Source: an uncultured delta proteobacterium
GTDB lineage: Bacteria > Desulfobacterota > Desulfomonilia > Desulfomonilales > Desulfomonilaceae
Assembly (NCBI GenBank): GCA_963789265.1
Contig: CAWBKB010000004.1
Coordinates: forward strand, 32,001-96,000
Direction of reading: 5' to 3'
DNA length: 64,000 nucleotides
This document shows positions 38,817 through 50,736 of the stretch, in pieces. The notes under the pieces are model-generated. The model was not told where the DNA came from, did not search any database, and saw only the letters and a list, made by a program, of their open reading frames with translations. The position numbers were made by a program, and so were the translations under genes. Every line of letters starts with the position of its first letter. Within the stretch, counting starts at the first letter, position 1.

Positions 38817-40270
38817 CTCCCGGGCTCCTTGAGGGACGCGAACAGCATGGCATTGAGGCCGTCAAAACTCCCGTTGGACATTATCAAAACCACGTCCCCT
38901 GACCGAAGCTCGTTCAAAAGAAATCCGAGAATATCGTCTGTACCGTCGAATGCTCGGGAAACTTTCCCCAGGTGCCTCAAATCCAGAGCCAACCGCTCGG
39001 AACTGAATCGCTCCGCCGGAGGAATTCCGACCACATTGCCAGGCTCCTTGAGAACGATCAGATCCGCGCAAAGAAAAGCATCCACGTACAATTCTTGAAA
39101 TACCGCCCGCTTGCTCGAATTGGTGCGTGGCTCGAATACTGCTACCAGCCGCCTATTCGGATAGCGGGAACGAATACCCTCACATGTGACTTTGACCGCA
39201 GTCGGATGATGGGCGAAATCATCAATTAATAGTATCCCCGACTTTTCTCCCCAGATTTCCTGTCTACGCTTTACGCCTTTGAAGGAGCCCAACGCGTCCA
39301 TGGCCCGTTGAGGATCTACGCCCACATTCGCAGTAGCTGCAATAGCTGCGACTGCATTTATCACATTATGAAAGCCGAACACCGGCAATGTTCCCGCAGC
39401 CGCCATCCTGTCGTCCTTCGTGATCACCGCTACTATACCTTCGGGACGATCGTGAAATTCGGCAACGCGCCACCTCACGGTGGATTCAAACCCGAATGTC
39501 TCAACCGATCGGTTGCCTTCTCTTATTATCTCCCGAACCGCTCCATCCTCTCCATTCGCGATAAGCCGCCCATTGGACAGCGTAATTTCCGCGAAAGCGC
39601 GGAATTGGTGTTTAATTTCTTCTAGGCTGGCGTAAATGTCTGCATGGTCGAATTCACAGGATGTTATCACGGCTATTGCCGGGATATAATGAAGGAGTTT
39701 CGGCGTCTTGTCAAAATAAGCGGTGTCGTATTCGTCCCCTTCAATTACAAACAAAGGACCGCCACCCAGTCGATAATTTCTGTTGAAGTTTATCGGGACG
39801 CCCCCGATCATGAAACCCGGGTCGTGCTGTTCCTGGTAAAGGATCCACGAGATCATAGCGCTGACTGTAGTCTTGCCGTGCGTCCCGGCAACGACGATGC
39901 AGGTCTTGTCGCCGATAAAGTAGGTCTTCAGCGCCTGCGGCATTGAGGTGAAGGGAATGCCCGATCTTTCTAGCTCAACTGCTTCGGGATTGGTCCGGCG
40001 GATAACATTGCCCACAACAACCAGGTCGGGGACGGAATCAAGATTAGATGCCCGGTATCCTTCCATTATGCCGATCCCTAAATCCCTCAAGAAATCGCTC
40101 ATAGGCGGATACACCGACTCATCCGAGCCGGTCACTCTGTAACCTCTTTCATGAAACATTCCTGCCAAAGAAGCCATTGCAGTTCCGCAAATCCCCATCA
40201 AGTGCACGCGCGCAGGGGGCGGCAGCAAAGGAATACGGTCAGGATCGCCTTTTAGTGCGCCATTTTCCAT
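38813..40270 (-). CDS. mpl: Murein peptide ligase
   Basis: GICGTAM, VYPPMS, GTHGKTT, EGDEYDTAYFDK, DDFAHHPT, FEPRTN, MSNGSF. Confidence 0.95.
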   Translation of the reverse strand: MENGALKGDPDRIPLLPPPARVHLMGICGTAMASLAGMFHERGYRVTGSDESVYPPMSDFLRDLGIGIMEGYRASNLDSVPDLVVVGNVIRRTNPEAVELERSGIPFTSMPQALKTYFIGDKTCIVVAGTHGKTTVSAMISWILYQEQHDPGFMIGGVPINFNRNYRLGGGPLFVIEGDEYDTAYFDKTPKLLHYIPAIAVITSCEFDHADIYASLEEIKHQFRAFAEITLSNGRLIANGEDGAVREIIREGNRSVETFGFESTVRWRVAEFHDRPEGIVAVITKDDRMAAAGTLPVFGFHNVINAVAAIAATANVGVDPQRAMDALGSFKGVKRRQEIWGEKSGILLIDDFAHHPTAVKVTCEGIRSRYPNRRLVAVFEPRTNSSKRAVFQELYVDAFLCADLIVLKEPGNVVGIPPAERFSSERLALDLRHLGKVSRAFDGTDDILGFLLNELRSGDVVLIMSNGSFDGLNAMLFASLKEPGR

Positions 40271-40694
40271 GATCGTCAGGTGCTATCATCCTGTCGCCAT
40301 CCTGTCAAGCAGTAGAAAAAACAGGAAGATTCATACTGATTCGTTTTCAAGCAAGTGATATCAGTTTCCTATCAAACGACAAGTGCAGCGCGGATTTGAC
40401 AAGCCCGCCCGCGAGACACGGGGTGGCACCCGGGATCTCATGAATGGATGTTGGGGGCCATCCCGCGTCTCGCGGGAAGCACCGTCATGGTGCCGGGTCA
40501 GTGCCGTTCGCTATTTGCCGGATTTCACTTATTTGCGAGCGAAGTGGTATCAGATTATGTCAAGTCTCTTCTGCAATGACACGCCCCCCAAAAAAAAGCC
40601 CGACCGGTGAGTCGGACTTTGGAGGGTATGAGAGAAATCGGTCGGGCAACAAAAAATCGGGGGGAGGAAAGGGCTTACACCGGCTACACGGCCA

Positions 40695-41687
40695 TCAGAA
40701 AAGGAATCCTACCTGGACAAAGGCTCCATCCAGGGTAGTGTTAAACATCCTGCGAGATTTTTCTTTTTTGAGATAGGTGTAGTGGTAACCGCCCTTGATA
40801 AAGCCGAATCGCCCTGTCTTGATGGGAATCAGGTAGCTCAGGGCCGCCTCTGCATCGTAACCGATGCTGTCGTTCAAAAAAGCGACCCCACCTCTTCCAC
40901 TGAGAGCCAAGGTATTGCCGCGGAAGTTCTTCAGACACTTTTCAAACTCGAGACCGGTGAAGGCCAAATTTTTGGTGTCGTCCATAGCAACTGCCGCAAC
41001 AGTACCTCCTCCTACAGAAAGCTTGTCCTGAACATTGAGCCATTCCATAACGAAGTTGGTGGCGCTGTACGTTGTCCGGCTTAGAGTAAAGACGATACCG
41101 GCCCTATTTTCGTAACGCTCCCATTTGGAGTGAACAGGGGTGCCCGCCGCGAAGGTCTGGCCGTGGAAGCTAAAAGCTGTCGTGGGAAAATTTGTGGCCT
41201 CCATCTGCATTGGTGCAAAGGAGTACCTGATCGCCCACCGCGGCCGTATCTGATACTGAGCTTCGATCGACCAGAACGCGTTGCCTGTCTTATTGAATCC
41301 CAAGTGGTCGTTAAAATCGACTACTGCGGTTTGGACCCCCGTGAGATCGGTGCCGCTGCGAGCCGACCCTTGCAATCGAGCGAAAAGGACCTTTGTTCCG
41401 AGGACGAACTGCCCCTTTGCCGGCATCGGGAGGCAACAACCCGACCACCAATTTATGGGGTTATACCGGGACAAGCCTCTGAATCGGGAAGATATACCCC
41501 AAGGCTTCACCTTCAGGATCTTGGGCGCTGAGGTCGGAGGCGGCTTCACCTTTGAGATTGCCTTATATCCGGAGGCGCCGGTGCAGGGGTCATAGGTAGT
41601 TTGCGAGGAGTCCGCGAAAGCGGCAGCCGAGAGCACCGTCACGGTAGAAATCAATACACACAAGTACTTAATGAAGTTTCTTAACAT
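40695..41687 (-). CDS. Putative outer-membrane beta-barrel protein
   Basis: Signal peptide, amphipathic strands, terminal VQVGFLF. Confidence 0.7.
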   Translation of the reverse strand: MLRNFIKYLCVLISTVTVLSAAAFADSSQTTYDPCTGASGYKAISKVKPPPTSAPKILKVKPWGISSRFRGLSRYNPINWWSGCCLPMPAKGQFVLGTKVLFARLQGSARSGTDLTGVQTAVVDFNDHLGFNKTGNAFWSIEAQYQIRPRWAIRYSFAPMQMEATNFPTTAFSFHGQTFAAGTPVHSKWERYENRAGIVFTLSRTTYSATNFVMEWLNVQDKLSVGGGTVAAVAMDDTKNLAFTGLEFEKCLKNFRGNTLALSGRGGVAFLNDSIGYDAEAALSYLIPIKTGRFGFIKGGYHYTYLKKEKSRRMFNTTLDGAFVQVGFLF

Positions 41688-42375
41688 AACACCCTCCCTC
41701 AGGGTTCTAATGTCTTGCGATTTCGACCTTACCAATATTTTCCAGGATGTCAAGAAAAAAATGATGTTGAATTGGAATGTTACTTGAAATATCTAGAAAC
41801 TAGTTTAATTAAACGAGAGGCTAATTTCCATAAACTGCCTCCAGATGCGGATAATATTACAAATTGCTGCTTTGTCGCCCCATCCTCTTCAACAAGGCGT
41901 ACAACTTGCTGAAATTACCAGGTAAATACGCATCCAACCGTCCGAGGAAGCCCACGCGGTCACAATCCTGTGAATCGTTGCTTGAATAAAATCTGACAAC
42001 ATACTGATAATGAAGCGTGTTTTATATAGATGATAAACAAGAGGGTGAATGTGGCGAGGACCTGACAATACGAGATCCGTTGCACCCCGGGCCGTATGTT
42101 TACCGGTTCTTGCGCGCCACAAACCTGCTCCCCCCAGGACGGAGGTCAGGTCTGTGCCGATTTTGCCGCCAACCGATTCTCACTCTTTGATAAAGAACCG
42201 CCAGGTAATATTCCGGAGCCGAAAAGTGGCGGAGATGGAAAGGGTACGCAGAGGGGGGGCAGGTCCTGAGTTGACGTTCAAAATCGTAAAGGTCTAAAAT
42301 CGTGAGAACAGCAGCCGAACCGTGGCCTGTTGCCGGATCGGGAAAGAAAGGTTAGGTCTCTTGCGGTGAGGGTTT

Positions 42376-43158
42376 TCACTTGACTTCAGAGTAGTAATCC
42401 TTCTCAAGCTCCGCCCCGGATGGTTGGAAGATTCTGAAGCGAGCCAATCCCCATTGATGAAGTCGGAAGCGCACGGAAGTCCACAAGACGCCCAAACCGT
42501 AAACAACGGATCGTCGGAAATTGATTGAAGAAGCCTCGGGGAAATACCGCGTGGGGCAGGAAATTTCACCCAGGTTGAAGTTAAAATAGACAGCTTGGGC
42601 TAACATCTCATTATCAAAGATGAAGTCATCCGAATTTTCCCAGAACGGTAGATCTTCGAGCACTTTTCGAGAAAAGGCCCTGTATCCTGTGTGAAATTCC
42701 GAAAGCTTGGACTGGAGAAACAAATTCTCTATCAGTGTGAGGAATCTGTTGGAAATGTACTTGTAGAGCGGCATCCCGCTTTTTCTTGCTCTTCCTCCAA
42801 GTATTCGCGAGCCGAGCACCACGTCATATTCTTCGGACACAACCATCGCGGCCATCGCGGGCACGAGCTTCGGGGAATACTGATAGTCCGGGTGAAGCAT
42901 TACCACAACGTCAGCCCCCAGCTTTAGGGCTTCGGTGTAGCAGGTTTTCTGATTGCGGCCGTAGCCATAGTTCCTGTGGTGAAGGAAGCATCGGATCCCT
43001 AGTTGCCTTGCAAGGCGTACCGTCTCGTCCGCGCTGAAATCATCGACCAGAAGAATATCGTCCACCACTCCGCGATCCAACTCGGATATGGTGGTCTCAA
43101 GTGTTTGCGCCGCGTTATACGCAGGTAAGACTACGACTATGCGCTTTTCGTTAAGCAT
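42376..43158 (-). CDS. GT2 glycosyltransferase (DPM-synthase-like)
   Basis: VVLPAYN, LVDDFS, GYGRNQKTCY, HPDYQY. Confidence 0.93.
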   Translation of the reverse strand: MLNEKRIVVVLPAYNAAQTLETTISELDRGVVDDILLVDDFSADETVRLARQLGIRCFLHHRNYGYGRNQKTCYTEALKLGADVVVMLHPDYQYSPKLVPAMAAMVVSEEYDVVLGSRILGGRARKSGMPLYKYISNRFLTLIENLFLQSKLSEFHTGYRAFSRKVLEDLPFWENSDDFIFDNEMLAQAVYFNFNLGEISCPTRYFPEASSINFRRSVVYGLGVLWTSVRFRLHQWGLARFRIFQPSGAELEKDYYSEVK

Positions 43159-43247
43159 TCTTTTCCCGACAAAGGACTGACTGCTACCCGGGCCGCCCGT
43201 AAGGGCTCGTCTCCTCGCGTCAGACGGATGGACGAGGAGAACGAGCG

Positions 43248-44327
43248 CTAGGCCCCGAGCCGTTGCAGGCGTTCTTTTTCACTTCGAATCTGAATCATTT
43301 CAGCGATGATGGAAACCGCAATTTCTTCGGGAGTTTCTCCTCCAATGGAGAGTCCTATGGGCGCGTGGACACGTAGGAGTTTCTCCCTGCTAAACCCTTC
43401 CTTGAGCAAAGCCTCCAGAATAAGTTTGGTCTTCCTTCTCGACCCGATCATGCCGATGTAACCCGCGTTTGTGCTCAGGGCCTGGGCGAGTACTGTTTTG
43501 TCATGGGCATGCCCACGGGTTACGATCACCAAATAACTGTCTTCGTCCACCGCGAGATCCGAGAACGCACCATGAAATGATTTTACCGTAACGATTCGGT
43601 GCGCGTCAGGGACTCGAGCCGGTGAAGTGAATTCTTCGCGGTCGTCCAGCACTACCACATTGAACTTCACGTATGCAGCCAGATGCGCGACACAAACGCC
43701 CACATGTCCGGCGCCGAAAATGAATACCGTGCCGTGAGCCTTCAGCCATTCGAGAAAGACAGGGGACTCGCAACCCGGGACTTCAAGGAGTTGAGCGGGC
43801 TTCATCAGTCTCGGCTGGGGTGCGTTTTGCAAAGCAGAATCGGCGTGAGGAAAACCTCCGAAGCGTCTTCCCTGCCCGTCCGTCAACAAATGGTCAACGG
43901 TCCCGAGTTTTTGACCACCAGTGGGAATAGCGATGTCAGTCAGGAAAAATCCTGAAGATCTGTCTTGCGCCATGGCTAACAACCGCTCGAAGATTTCTTG
44001 CCGGGCCGGATCCCTTGCATCGACGAATTCTACCAGGACCTCGGCTTCCCCGCCGCAAATCATCTCCGTAGATTCCGTCCCCGCCCCGGTAAAGGAAAAC
44101 AGCGCGCGGTGGGATGTGCCCTGCCGGAGAGCCTCGGCGGCAAACTTTTGCACCTGCGCTTCGAAAAGCCCTCCCCCGATTGTGCCCACGATGGTGCCGT
44201 CTTGCTGAATGAGGAAACGCGTCCCGACGTGTCGAGGGGAAGATCCCTTTACAGTGAGTATTGTGGCCAAAACAAAACTTTGGCCCTGTTCGAACTGTTT
44301 GACTGCTGCGCTCCAGATTGCCTGCAT
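43248..44327 (-). CDS. XdhC/CoxI-family molybdoenzyme maturation factor
   Basis: GSSPR, GTIGGG, MICGG, FGAGHVG, TRGHAHD, YIGMIGS, APIGL. Confidence 0.93.
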   Translation of the reverse strand: MQAIWSAAVKQFEQGQSFVLATILTVKGSSPRHVGTRFLIQQDGTIVGTIGGGLFEAQVQKFAAEALRQGTSHRALFSFTGAGTESTEMICGGEAEVLVEFVDARDPARQEIFERLLAMAQDRSSGFFLTDIAIPTGGQKLGTVDHLLTDGQGRRFGGFPHADSALQNAPQPRLMKPAQLLEVPGCESPVFLEWLKAHGTVFIFGAGHVGVCVAHLAAYVKFNVVVLDDREEFTSPARVPDAHRIVTVKSFHGAFSDLAVDEDSYLVIVTRGHAHDKTVLAQALSTNAGYIGMIGSRRKTKLILEALLKEGFSREKLLRVHAPIGLSIGGETPEEIAVSIIAEMIQIRSEKERLQRLGA

Positions 44328-44460
44328 GGCTCCGTCACCCGCGCATAATTTCTTGACCGAGACCGAATGGTCGGCCTTCGGCTCTTGGACTTTGAAAAAA
44401 CCTATTAAAATTAAATGCTACGACACAGCTTGTCAAGGGCTTGGGGACAGCAGAAGCATC

Positions 44461-44627
44461 TATAGCCGTTGCCACAAGTAATGACCTGTTGACCATCCGT
44501 CACCCCGGCGAAGGCCGGGGTCCAGTCCCGCGAGGAACGCGGGATTGAAACGACTGGATTCCGGCCTCCGCCGGAATGACGGTGTCAGGCTACCTCTAAT
44601 CGGACAATACTTTTGGCAATGGGTATA
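44461..44627. repeat. MITE-like element enclosing an RPE-type palindrome
   Basis: Ends tatagccgttgccacaagta / tacttttggcaatgggtata; core gtcaccccggcgaaggccggggtccag...ctggattccggcctccgccggaatgac. Confidence 0.75.
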
Positions 44628-44801
44628 AAATACCGAGCCTGCCCTACGTGAGCCCTGGAGGGGCTCAATGATAGTAGCCCGGTCCCGCGCGGAAACGCGT
44701 GATTGCCGGGTGGCCGATAAGCGATGATTCAATCTTCGTCCCGGAGAGGCGCCCCTCGGGGACGAAGAAAAGTCTCTTGGCGGTTCATTCCCGGCGATAA
44801 A

Positions 44802-46477
44802 GAAACTGTCTCAAAAGTCGATTTTGGGCTCGCGATTCTCAACCGATTCTACTAATGAGATGTGAAAAGAGAATCGGAGAGGGAAAGGATTATGCCGCAA
44901 ATCAGAGCCGACTACAAGCAGGTGTTTCTGCTTCCGCCCGCTATAGATGACTGGATAGGGCCTGATCATCCAGCGCGCTTCATAGGAGACTTTGTGGATT
45001 CCTTGGATTTGGAGGTGCTGGGTTTTCGAGTTCCGAATGGCGAAACGGGCCGTCCTCCCTATAGTACCGATCTTTTGTTGAAGGCATGGCTCTACGGCTA
45101 TTTCAGCAGAATCAGGTCATCGCGCAAGCTTGAGAAGGCATGCATGGAGAACATGGGATTGATTTGGCTGACGGGTATGAATGCAGCGGATCATAATACC
45201 CTGTGGCGATTCTGGAGGGACAACAAGAAGGTTTTCAAGGGAATATTCAAACAATCGGTTCAAGTGGCAGTCAAAGCCGAGTTGATAGGTATGGCGGTTC
45301 ATGCATTGGATGGAACCAAGATCCCTGTCGGATCATCTCGGGAGAAGTTCGAGAACCAAGATCAGTTGGAGCGGATGCTTGAGAATTTGGACAAGTGCGT
45401 TGCCGACGTCATGACGGAGACAGAGAGGTGCGAGCAAGAGGAGGGTGGCGAATGGCGTCTTCCCGAAGCCCTGCAGGACGAGTTGAAACGCAAGGAGCGG
45501 ATACAGAAGGCCTTGCAGGAATTGGATAAGACTGACAAGAAGGTCGTCCATCCCTGCGAGCCGGATGCCCGGTACATGAAGAACCGGCGGTCTACTGAGC
45601 CCTCTTACAATGCTCAAGCGGTGGCAGACCAACAAAGCGGCATGATTGTGGCTGAGGAAGTGGTCGACGAAGGCAATGACAATGGGCAGCTTGTTCCCAT
45701 GCTGGATCGAGTTCAGGAAAATTTGGGCGCAACCGCAGAGGAAACCGTGGCGGACGCAGGATACTTCGCATCGGCTCAAATCGCGTTGGCCGAAGAGAAG
45801 GAGTACGAGGTCTTGGTCGCCAAGTCGTCGGGAGAGTCCGCTGCGGAAAAAGGCGCTCAATGGGACCCTTATCACGCTTCCCAGTTCGTCTACGACCAAG
45901 AGCGAGACGTCTGTATTTGTCCGCAAGGCGCATCGCTGAACTTTCTTCAGAAGAAAGTCACAGGAAAAAACGGAAACGAGATCCGGCGGTATCGATGCCG
46001 GGACTACTTGACGTGTCCTGAACGGTGGAAGTGCAGCAAGAGCAAGAATGGCCGTCTCATAGACATTAACATCTATCGTGACGCAGTTGAGCGCCACCGC
46101 AAGAAACGGGAGGTCCCGGAAAGCAAGACGCTACTCCGAGCCCGCAAGGTGATCATTGAGCCGGTCTTTGCATGGATAAAGAGCCACTTGGACTTTAGAC
46201 GGTGGACCGTGTCCGGATTATCCAATGCGAGGGCTCAATGGTCTTTGATGTGCGCCACCTTGAATCTCAAGAAGCTCTACAGCCATTGGCTGACGGGGCG
46301 TCTGGTGCTAACCGCGGCCTAAGACATCAGGACGGAGAGTGACTCATGGCTGCCTGAGGCATACTCATAGCCGGCCCCGGCTCGTCGGAGACAAGGGAGG
46401 CCAAGGTGCGAGATTAACCGCACCCTACCACCCCGAGAGTCGTCATCGTGCCACTACAACCGTTTTGAGACACTCTC
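44802..46477 (+). mobile_element. IS1182-family insertion sequence
   Basis: Ends gaaactgtctcaaaa / (reverse complement) gagagtgtctcaaaa; flanks taaa / tgaa within a hairpin loop. Confidence 0.88.
44892..46322 (+). CDS. IS1182-family DDE transposase
   Basis: DHPARF, GRPPY, SSRKLE, LDGTKI, YNAQ, ADAGY, CPQG, IEPVFAWIK. Confidence 0.95.
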   Translation: MPQIRADYKQVFLLPPAIDDWIGPDHPARFIGDFVDSLDLEVLGFRVPNGETGRPPYSTDLLLKAWLYGYFSRIRSSRKLEKACMENMGLIWLTGMNAADHNTLWRFWRDNKKVFKGIFKQSVQVAVKAELIGMAVHALDGTKIPVGSSREKFENQDQLERMLENLDKCVADVMTETERCEQEEGGEWRLPEALQDELKRKERIQKALQELDKTDKKVVHPCEPDARYMKNRRSTEPSYNAQAVADQQSGMIVAEEVVDEGNDNGQLVPMLDRVQENLGATAEETVADAGYFASAQIALAEEKEYEVLVAKSSGESAAEKGAQWDPYHASQFVYDQERDVCICPQGASLNFLQKKVTGKNGNEIRRYRCRDYLTCPERWKCSKSKNGRLIDINIYRDAVERHRKKREVPESKTLLRARKVIIEPVFAWIKSHLDFRRWTVSGLSNARAQWSLMCATLNLKKLYSHWLTGRLVLTAA

Positions 46478-46651
46478 TGAATTGCCGGGCTATTATCTTG
46501 GCGCCCCTCCGGGGCTCATAAGGTTGCAAGGAATCTCTTATCTTAACGCCTATGCGCGCCTCGCGGGACTGTCCCACTAATCTAAATTAGATGCCTACAC
46601 GCTCACGCATGCCGACAATTCTTTCGAGAACCAATATATGTGCGGCAACCC

Positions 46652-47107
46652 TCAAGGTTCCTGCCGGGTAAGCTTTTCCCGGGACACGGCCATGAGCGTC
46701 ACAATGGCCTTTGCTACGGGTACTTGGTTTCCGTTTCGTATGTCGAAGACTTCGGATTCGGACACGATGATCTGGCGTCCCTCCCGGATTACACGCGAAT
46801 TGCAGATTAGGGATTCCCCAAACGCGGGACGAAGAAAGTTGATCTTAAATTCTATGGTTAGAATCTGCATATTTTCAGGCACGGTAGTGAATGCTGAATA
46901 TCCTGCCGTATGATCTGCCATAGTTGCCATGACGCCCGCATGAATGAACCCGTCCTGTTGCCGGTGATCTTCTTCAATTTTCACGTTTGATCTAAATACT
47001 CCCCAGTCGGCATCCTCTGCTTTGAATCGGCAGAATCTGATGAATCCGCGCTCATAATCATTCTTTAAGTAGGCTATTCTTTCCTTACTCATTCGGCGTT
47101 GAGGCAT
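46652..47107 (-). CDS. PaaI-family hotdog thioesterase
   Basis: QQDGFIHAGVMATMAD, EFKINFLRP. Confidence 0.92.
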   Translation of the reverse strand: MPQRRMSKERIAYLKNDYERGFIRFCRFKAEDADWGVFRSNVKIEEDHRQQDGFIHAGVMATMADHTAGYSAFTTVPENMQILTIEFKINFLRPAFGESLICNSRVIREGRQIIVSESEVFDIRNGNQVPVAKAIVTLMAVSREKLTRQEP

Positions 47108-47772
47108 GCTTCACCCTCGAAATGCTTGCTGCAATAGAATGGTCTTCATGTCTTATGACGGGCAAGGAGGTCAGCCGCTAAACTACGGATCCAGTGGCCA
47201 CCGTTCCGCTGAAGCTAGCAGTGGCTGAGGTTAGCCATTGGAATTGGAAAATGTCAAGGCAAGGTTTTCCAAGATCACGCCCTCGGTGCATTTATGCGAG
47301 GAAGGCTCTTGAACGCTAGGTGTTCCTTGGCAGTCGAAAAACCTCGTGAAAACCGTTTTGATGCGCGACATCGCGCCGGGAAATTCGCGCGTGCACCTAT
47401 TCTGTAACAACTCTTCAGCCTCAGGACTAGATGATTGATGGTATCTCCAAGTCATCACAGCGAAATCAGTTAGCATTTCTTATTACTATTAATCTGAATC
47501 AATTATTCAGTTAGCTGAAATTTGTTGCATAAGAGAGTATTTTTTTGGTAAAACAACACGCTACCTAACAATTGTCGACGGATCCAGATCCAGTGAAAAC
47601 AGCCTTGGGAATAGCAGTTGACGAGATTCTCGTCGGAAGCCTTTGTGGTGGGAGGGCGCTTGCCGATTCACCGCTGAGTTAAAATAGGCTTGCGCGCTCG
47701 TTTTGCGCGGAACTCAGGGCCGAGCACTAGGATCCGGTTACCAAGGCGATCATATCTTTCATGGAGAGCCGT

Positions 47773-50561
47773 ATGAACCACAAGTATATCTTTTCTTTTC
47801 GTGAGGGCGACGGAAAAAACAAGCAGCTTTTGGGCGGCAAGGGGGCCAATCTCTGCGAGATGACTCAGATCGGCCTAAATGTGCCACCTGGTTTCGTGAT
47901 CACGACCGATGCCTGTCTGGCGTTCCTCGCTTCTCCAAATGGAGATCTTCCTCCCGGACTGATGAGCGCCGTTAAAGAACATATCAACGCTCTGGAGAAG
48001 GTAACCGGAAAGGTCTTCGGGGATCCCCACAACCCGTTGCTCGTTTCTGTGCGCTCCGGATCTGCCCTTTCAATGCCCGGAATGATGGACACCATCCTCA
48101 ACCTGGGATTGAACTCGCTCACTGTGCAGGGGCTGATAAGGCAAACTCGGAATGAGCACTTTGGCTATGACGCTTATCGCCGCTTCATTCAGCTCTACGG
48201 CAAAATTGCGATGGGCGTCCCGGATGAACAGTTCAACCGAGACCCTCGAAGCCATCAAAGTCAGGTCGGGCGCTCTTACTGACGTGGACCTCACAATTGA
48301 AGACCTCAAGGAAGTCTGTGAACTCTTTCTCCATGTGATTGAGGAACAGACCTTCAAACCTTTTCCCGAAGACGTTTACCAACAGTTGGAACTGGCGATC
48401 AAAGCGGTATTCAAGTCCTGGATGGGGAAGCGCGCAGTTGACTACCGTCGCGAGTTCAACATCACCCCCGAAATGTGCAATGGAACGGCAGTCAGCGTGG
48501 TTTCCATGGTCTTCGGAAACATGGGCAACGACAGCGGCACGGGTGTGGGCTTCACCAGGGACCCTGCCACCGGCGAAAACAAGATGTTCGGCGAGTACTT
48601 GGTTAATGCGCAAGGTGAAGACGTGGTGGCTGGTATCCGAACGCCTAAACCTATTCAGGCAATGGCCGAGGAAATGCCGGACCTTTATCGCCAGTTGGAA
48701 GATCTGCGGACCAGACTGGAGAACCATTATCGTGAAGTTCAAGATTTTGAATTCACGATTGAAAAGGGCGTTCTTTATTGCCTCCAGACCCGCAACGGGA
48801 AGATGACGGCAACAGCGATGGTGAGAACTTCCGTTGAAATGGTGCACGAGGAGTTGCTGACCAAAGAAGAGGCGTTGCTGCGGATCAATCCGGAGCACCT
48901 CGAGGCAGATCCTCTATCCCGGACTCGACCCTAGCTTCAAAGCTAAACCACTTGCTCAAGGCCTGCCTGCATCACCGGGCGCGGCGTCCGGTAAGTGCGT
49001 CTTCGATGCGGATAGAGCGGAAACCTTAGGCAAAGCCGGGGTGAAGGTAATTTTGGTGCGTGAGGAAACCAAACCTGAGGACATTCACGGGTTTTTCGCT
49101 GCTCAGGGCATTCTCACGAGCCGCGGGGGAAAGACTTCTCACGCTGCGGTTGTAGCCCGAGGCATGGGAAAACCGTGCGTCGCGGGTGCCGAAGGGACTC
49201 GGGTCGATGTCCAGCACAGACTAGCGCTGGTGGGAGATCAGGTGATCCACGAAGGTGATGTCATCACTATCGACGGCGCAACCGGTAATGTCTACTTCGG
49301 AGAGATTCCTACGATCGAGCCGGAGTTCAGTCCCCAACTAAACATCCTTTTAGGGTGGGCCGACGAGTTGGCTAAACTGCAAGTCATGGCCAATGCGGAT
49401 ACACGGCATGATGCAGAGCGCGCGCGGTCATACGGAGCGGTAGGAATAGGTTTGTGTCGCACCGAGCGTATGTTCAACGCGCCCGACCGTTTACCCATAG
49501 TGGTCGAGCTGATACTGGCAGAGGTCTTTGAGGACCGGCAAAAGGCGCTAACCAAGTTGTTGCCGATTCAACGCTCGGATTTTAAGGGATTATTCGAAGC
49601 TATGTCCCCTTACCCAGTAACGATTCGGCTCCTCGACCCTCCGTTCCACGAATTTCTCCCCTTAGAAAACGAGCTTCTGGAACAGCTTGACGATCTGAGA
49701 CGTTTGCGAAAAACCGCCAGGACAACTGGAAGACTTCTGCAGAGTGTGAAGCTGGTCGATCCTGAATTGCACGCCAACTATTTGGAACAACGACGGGGAT
49801 TGCCGATATTCTTTGCAGAACTCGAAGTAAAAACAATAGACGAGGTAATCAGCAAAAAGGAGTTGATGCTCCAGAGAGCCCGTGCCCTCCGGGAGACGAA
49901 CCCGATGCTCGGGCATCGCGGCGTCCGCCTCGGCATTTCTTTTCCCGAAATCTATACCATGCAGATACGAGCCATACTGGAGGCCGCGGCCGAATGCGTG
50001 AAGGAAGGGGTAGAGGTTCACCCGGAAATCATGGTACCGCAGGTCTGCGCGGATACCGAATTGAAATGGGTGAAACAATATGTAGATAGAGTGCGGAAAG
50101 AGGTGGAAGAAGCCCACGGCATGAAGCTCGATTTCAAGTATGGCAGCATGATCGAAGTGGTGAGGGCTTGTCTGACAGCCGATGAGATGGCGCGAGTCGC
50201 GGAGTTTTTCTCGTTCGGCACCAACGACCTTACACAGGCCGCTTTCTCTTTCAGCCGTGAGGACGCCGAGAACAAATTCCTCCCCTTTTATCAGGCACGC
50301 GGCATTCTCGAAGGTAATCCATTTGAGGTACTGGATGTCAAGGGAATTGGACCTCTTATGAAGATGGCCGTACAAGCGGGACGCCTGGCCAGGCCCGGCC
50401 TCAAGATAGGAATCTGCGGTGAGCATGGCGGACATCCCGCATCCATCCGGCTGTGTCATCAAGTAGGATTGGACTACGTATCATGTTCGGGTCCCCGGGT
50501 GCCGATTGCACGCCTGGCCGCGGCACATGCTACGATGATGGAGAAAAATTACGACGTTTAG
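47773..50561 (+). CDS. ppdK: Pyruvate, phosphate dikinase (two apparent +1 frameshifts near 48238 and 48905)
   Basis: LLGGKGANL, SMPGMMDT, GGKTSHAAVVAR, GIGLCRTE, SFGTNDLTQ and GICGEHGG across three frames. Confidence 0.95.
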
Positions 50562-50736
50562 AGAGAAGGAGCCTGCGCAGTGCGAAGAACATACCCGTGC
50601 TTGGATTAAAATGGCGGGCGCTAAGTGTTCCAATCCTCGCTTGACAGAGCAATTCCAGCAATGCTACTGTATCAGAGCTATTTCACTTGATTTGCCTTGT
50701 GTTTCGATGATTCACGTATTGCATTGGGGTATAGCC

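Larger units (their letters stand above)
44650..46517. repeat. REPIN-like element split by IS1182
   Basis: gagccctggaggggctcaatgatagtagcccgg is inverted relative to ccgggctattatcttggcgcccctccggggctc. Confidence 0.7.
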
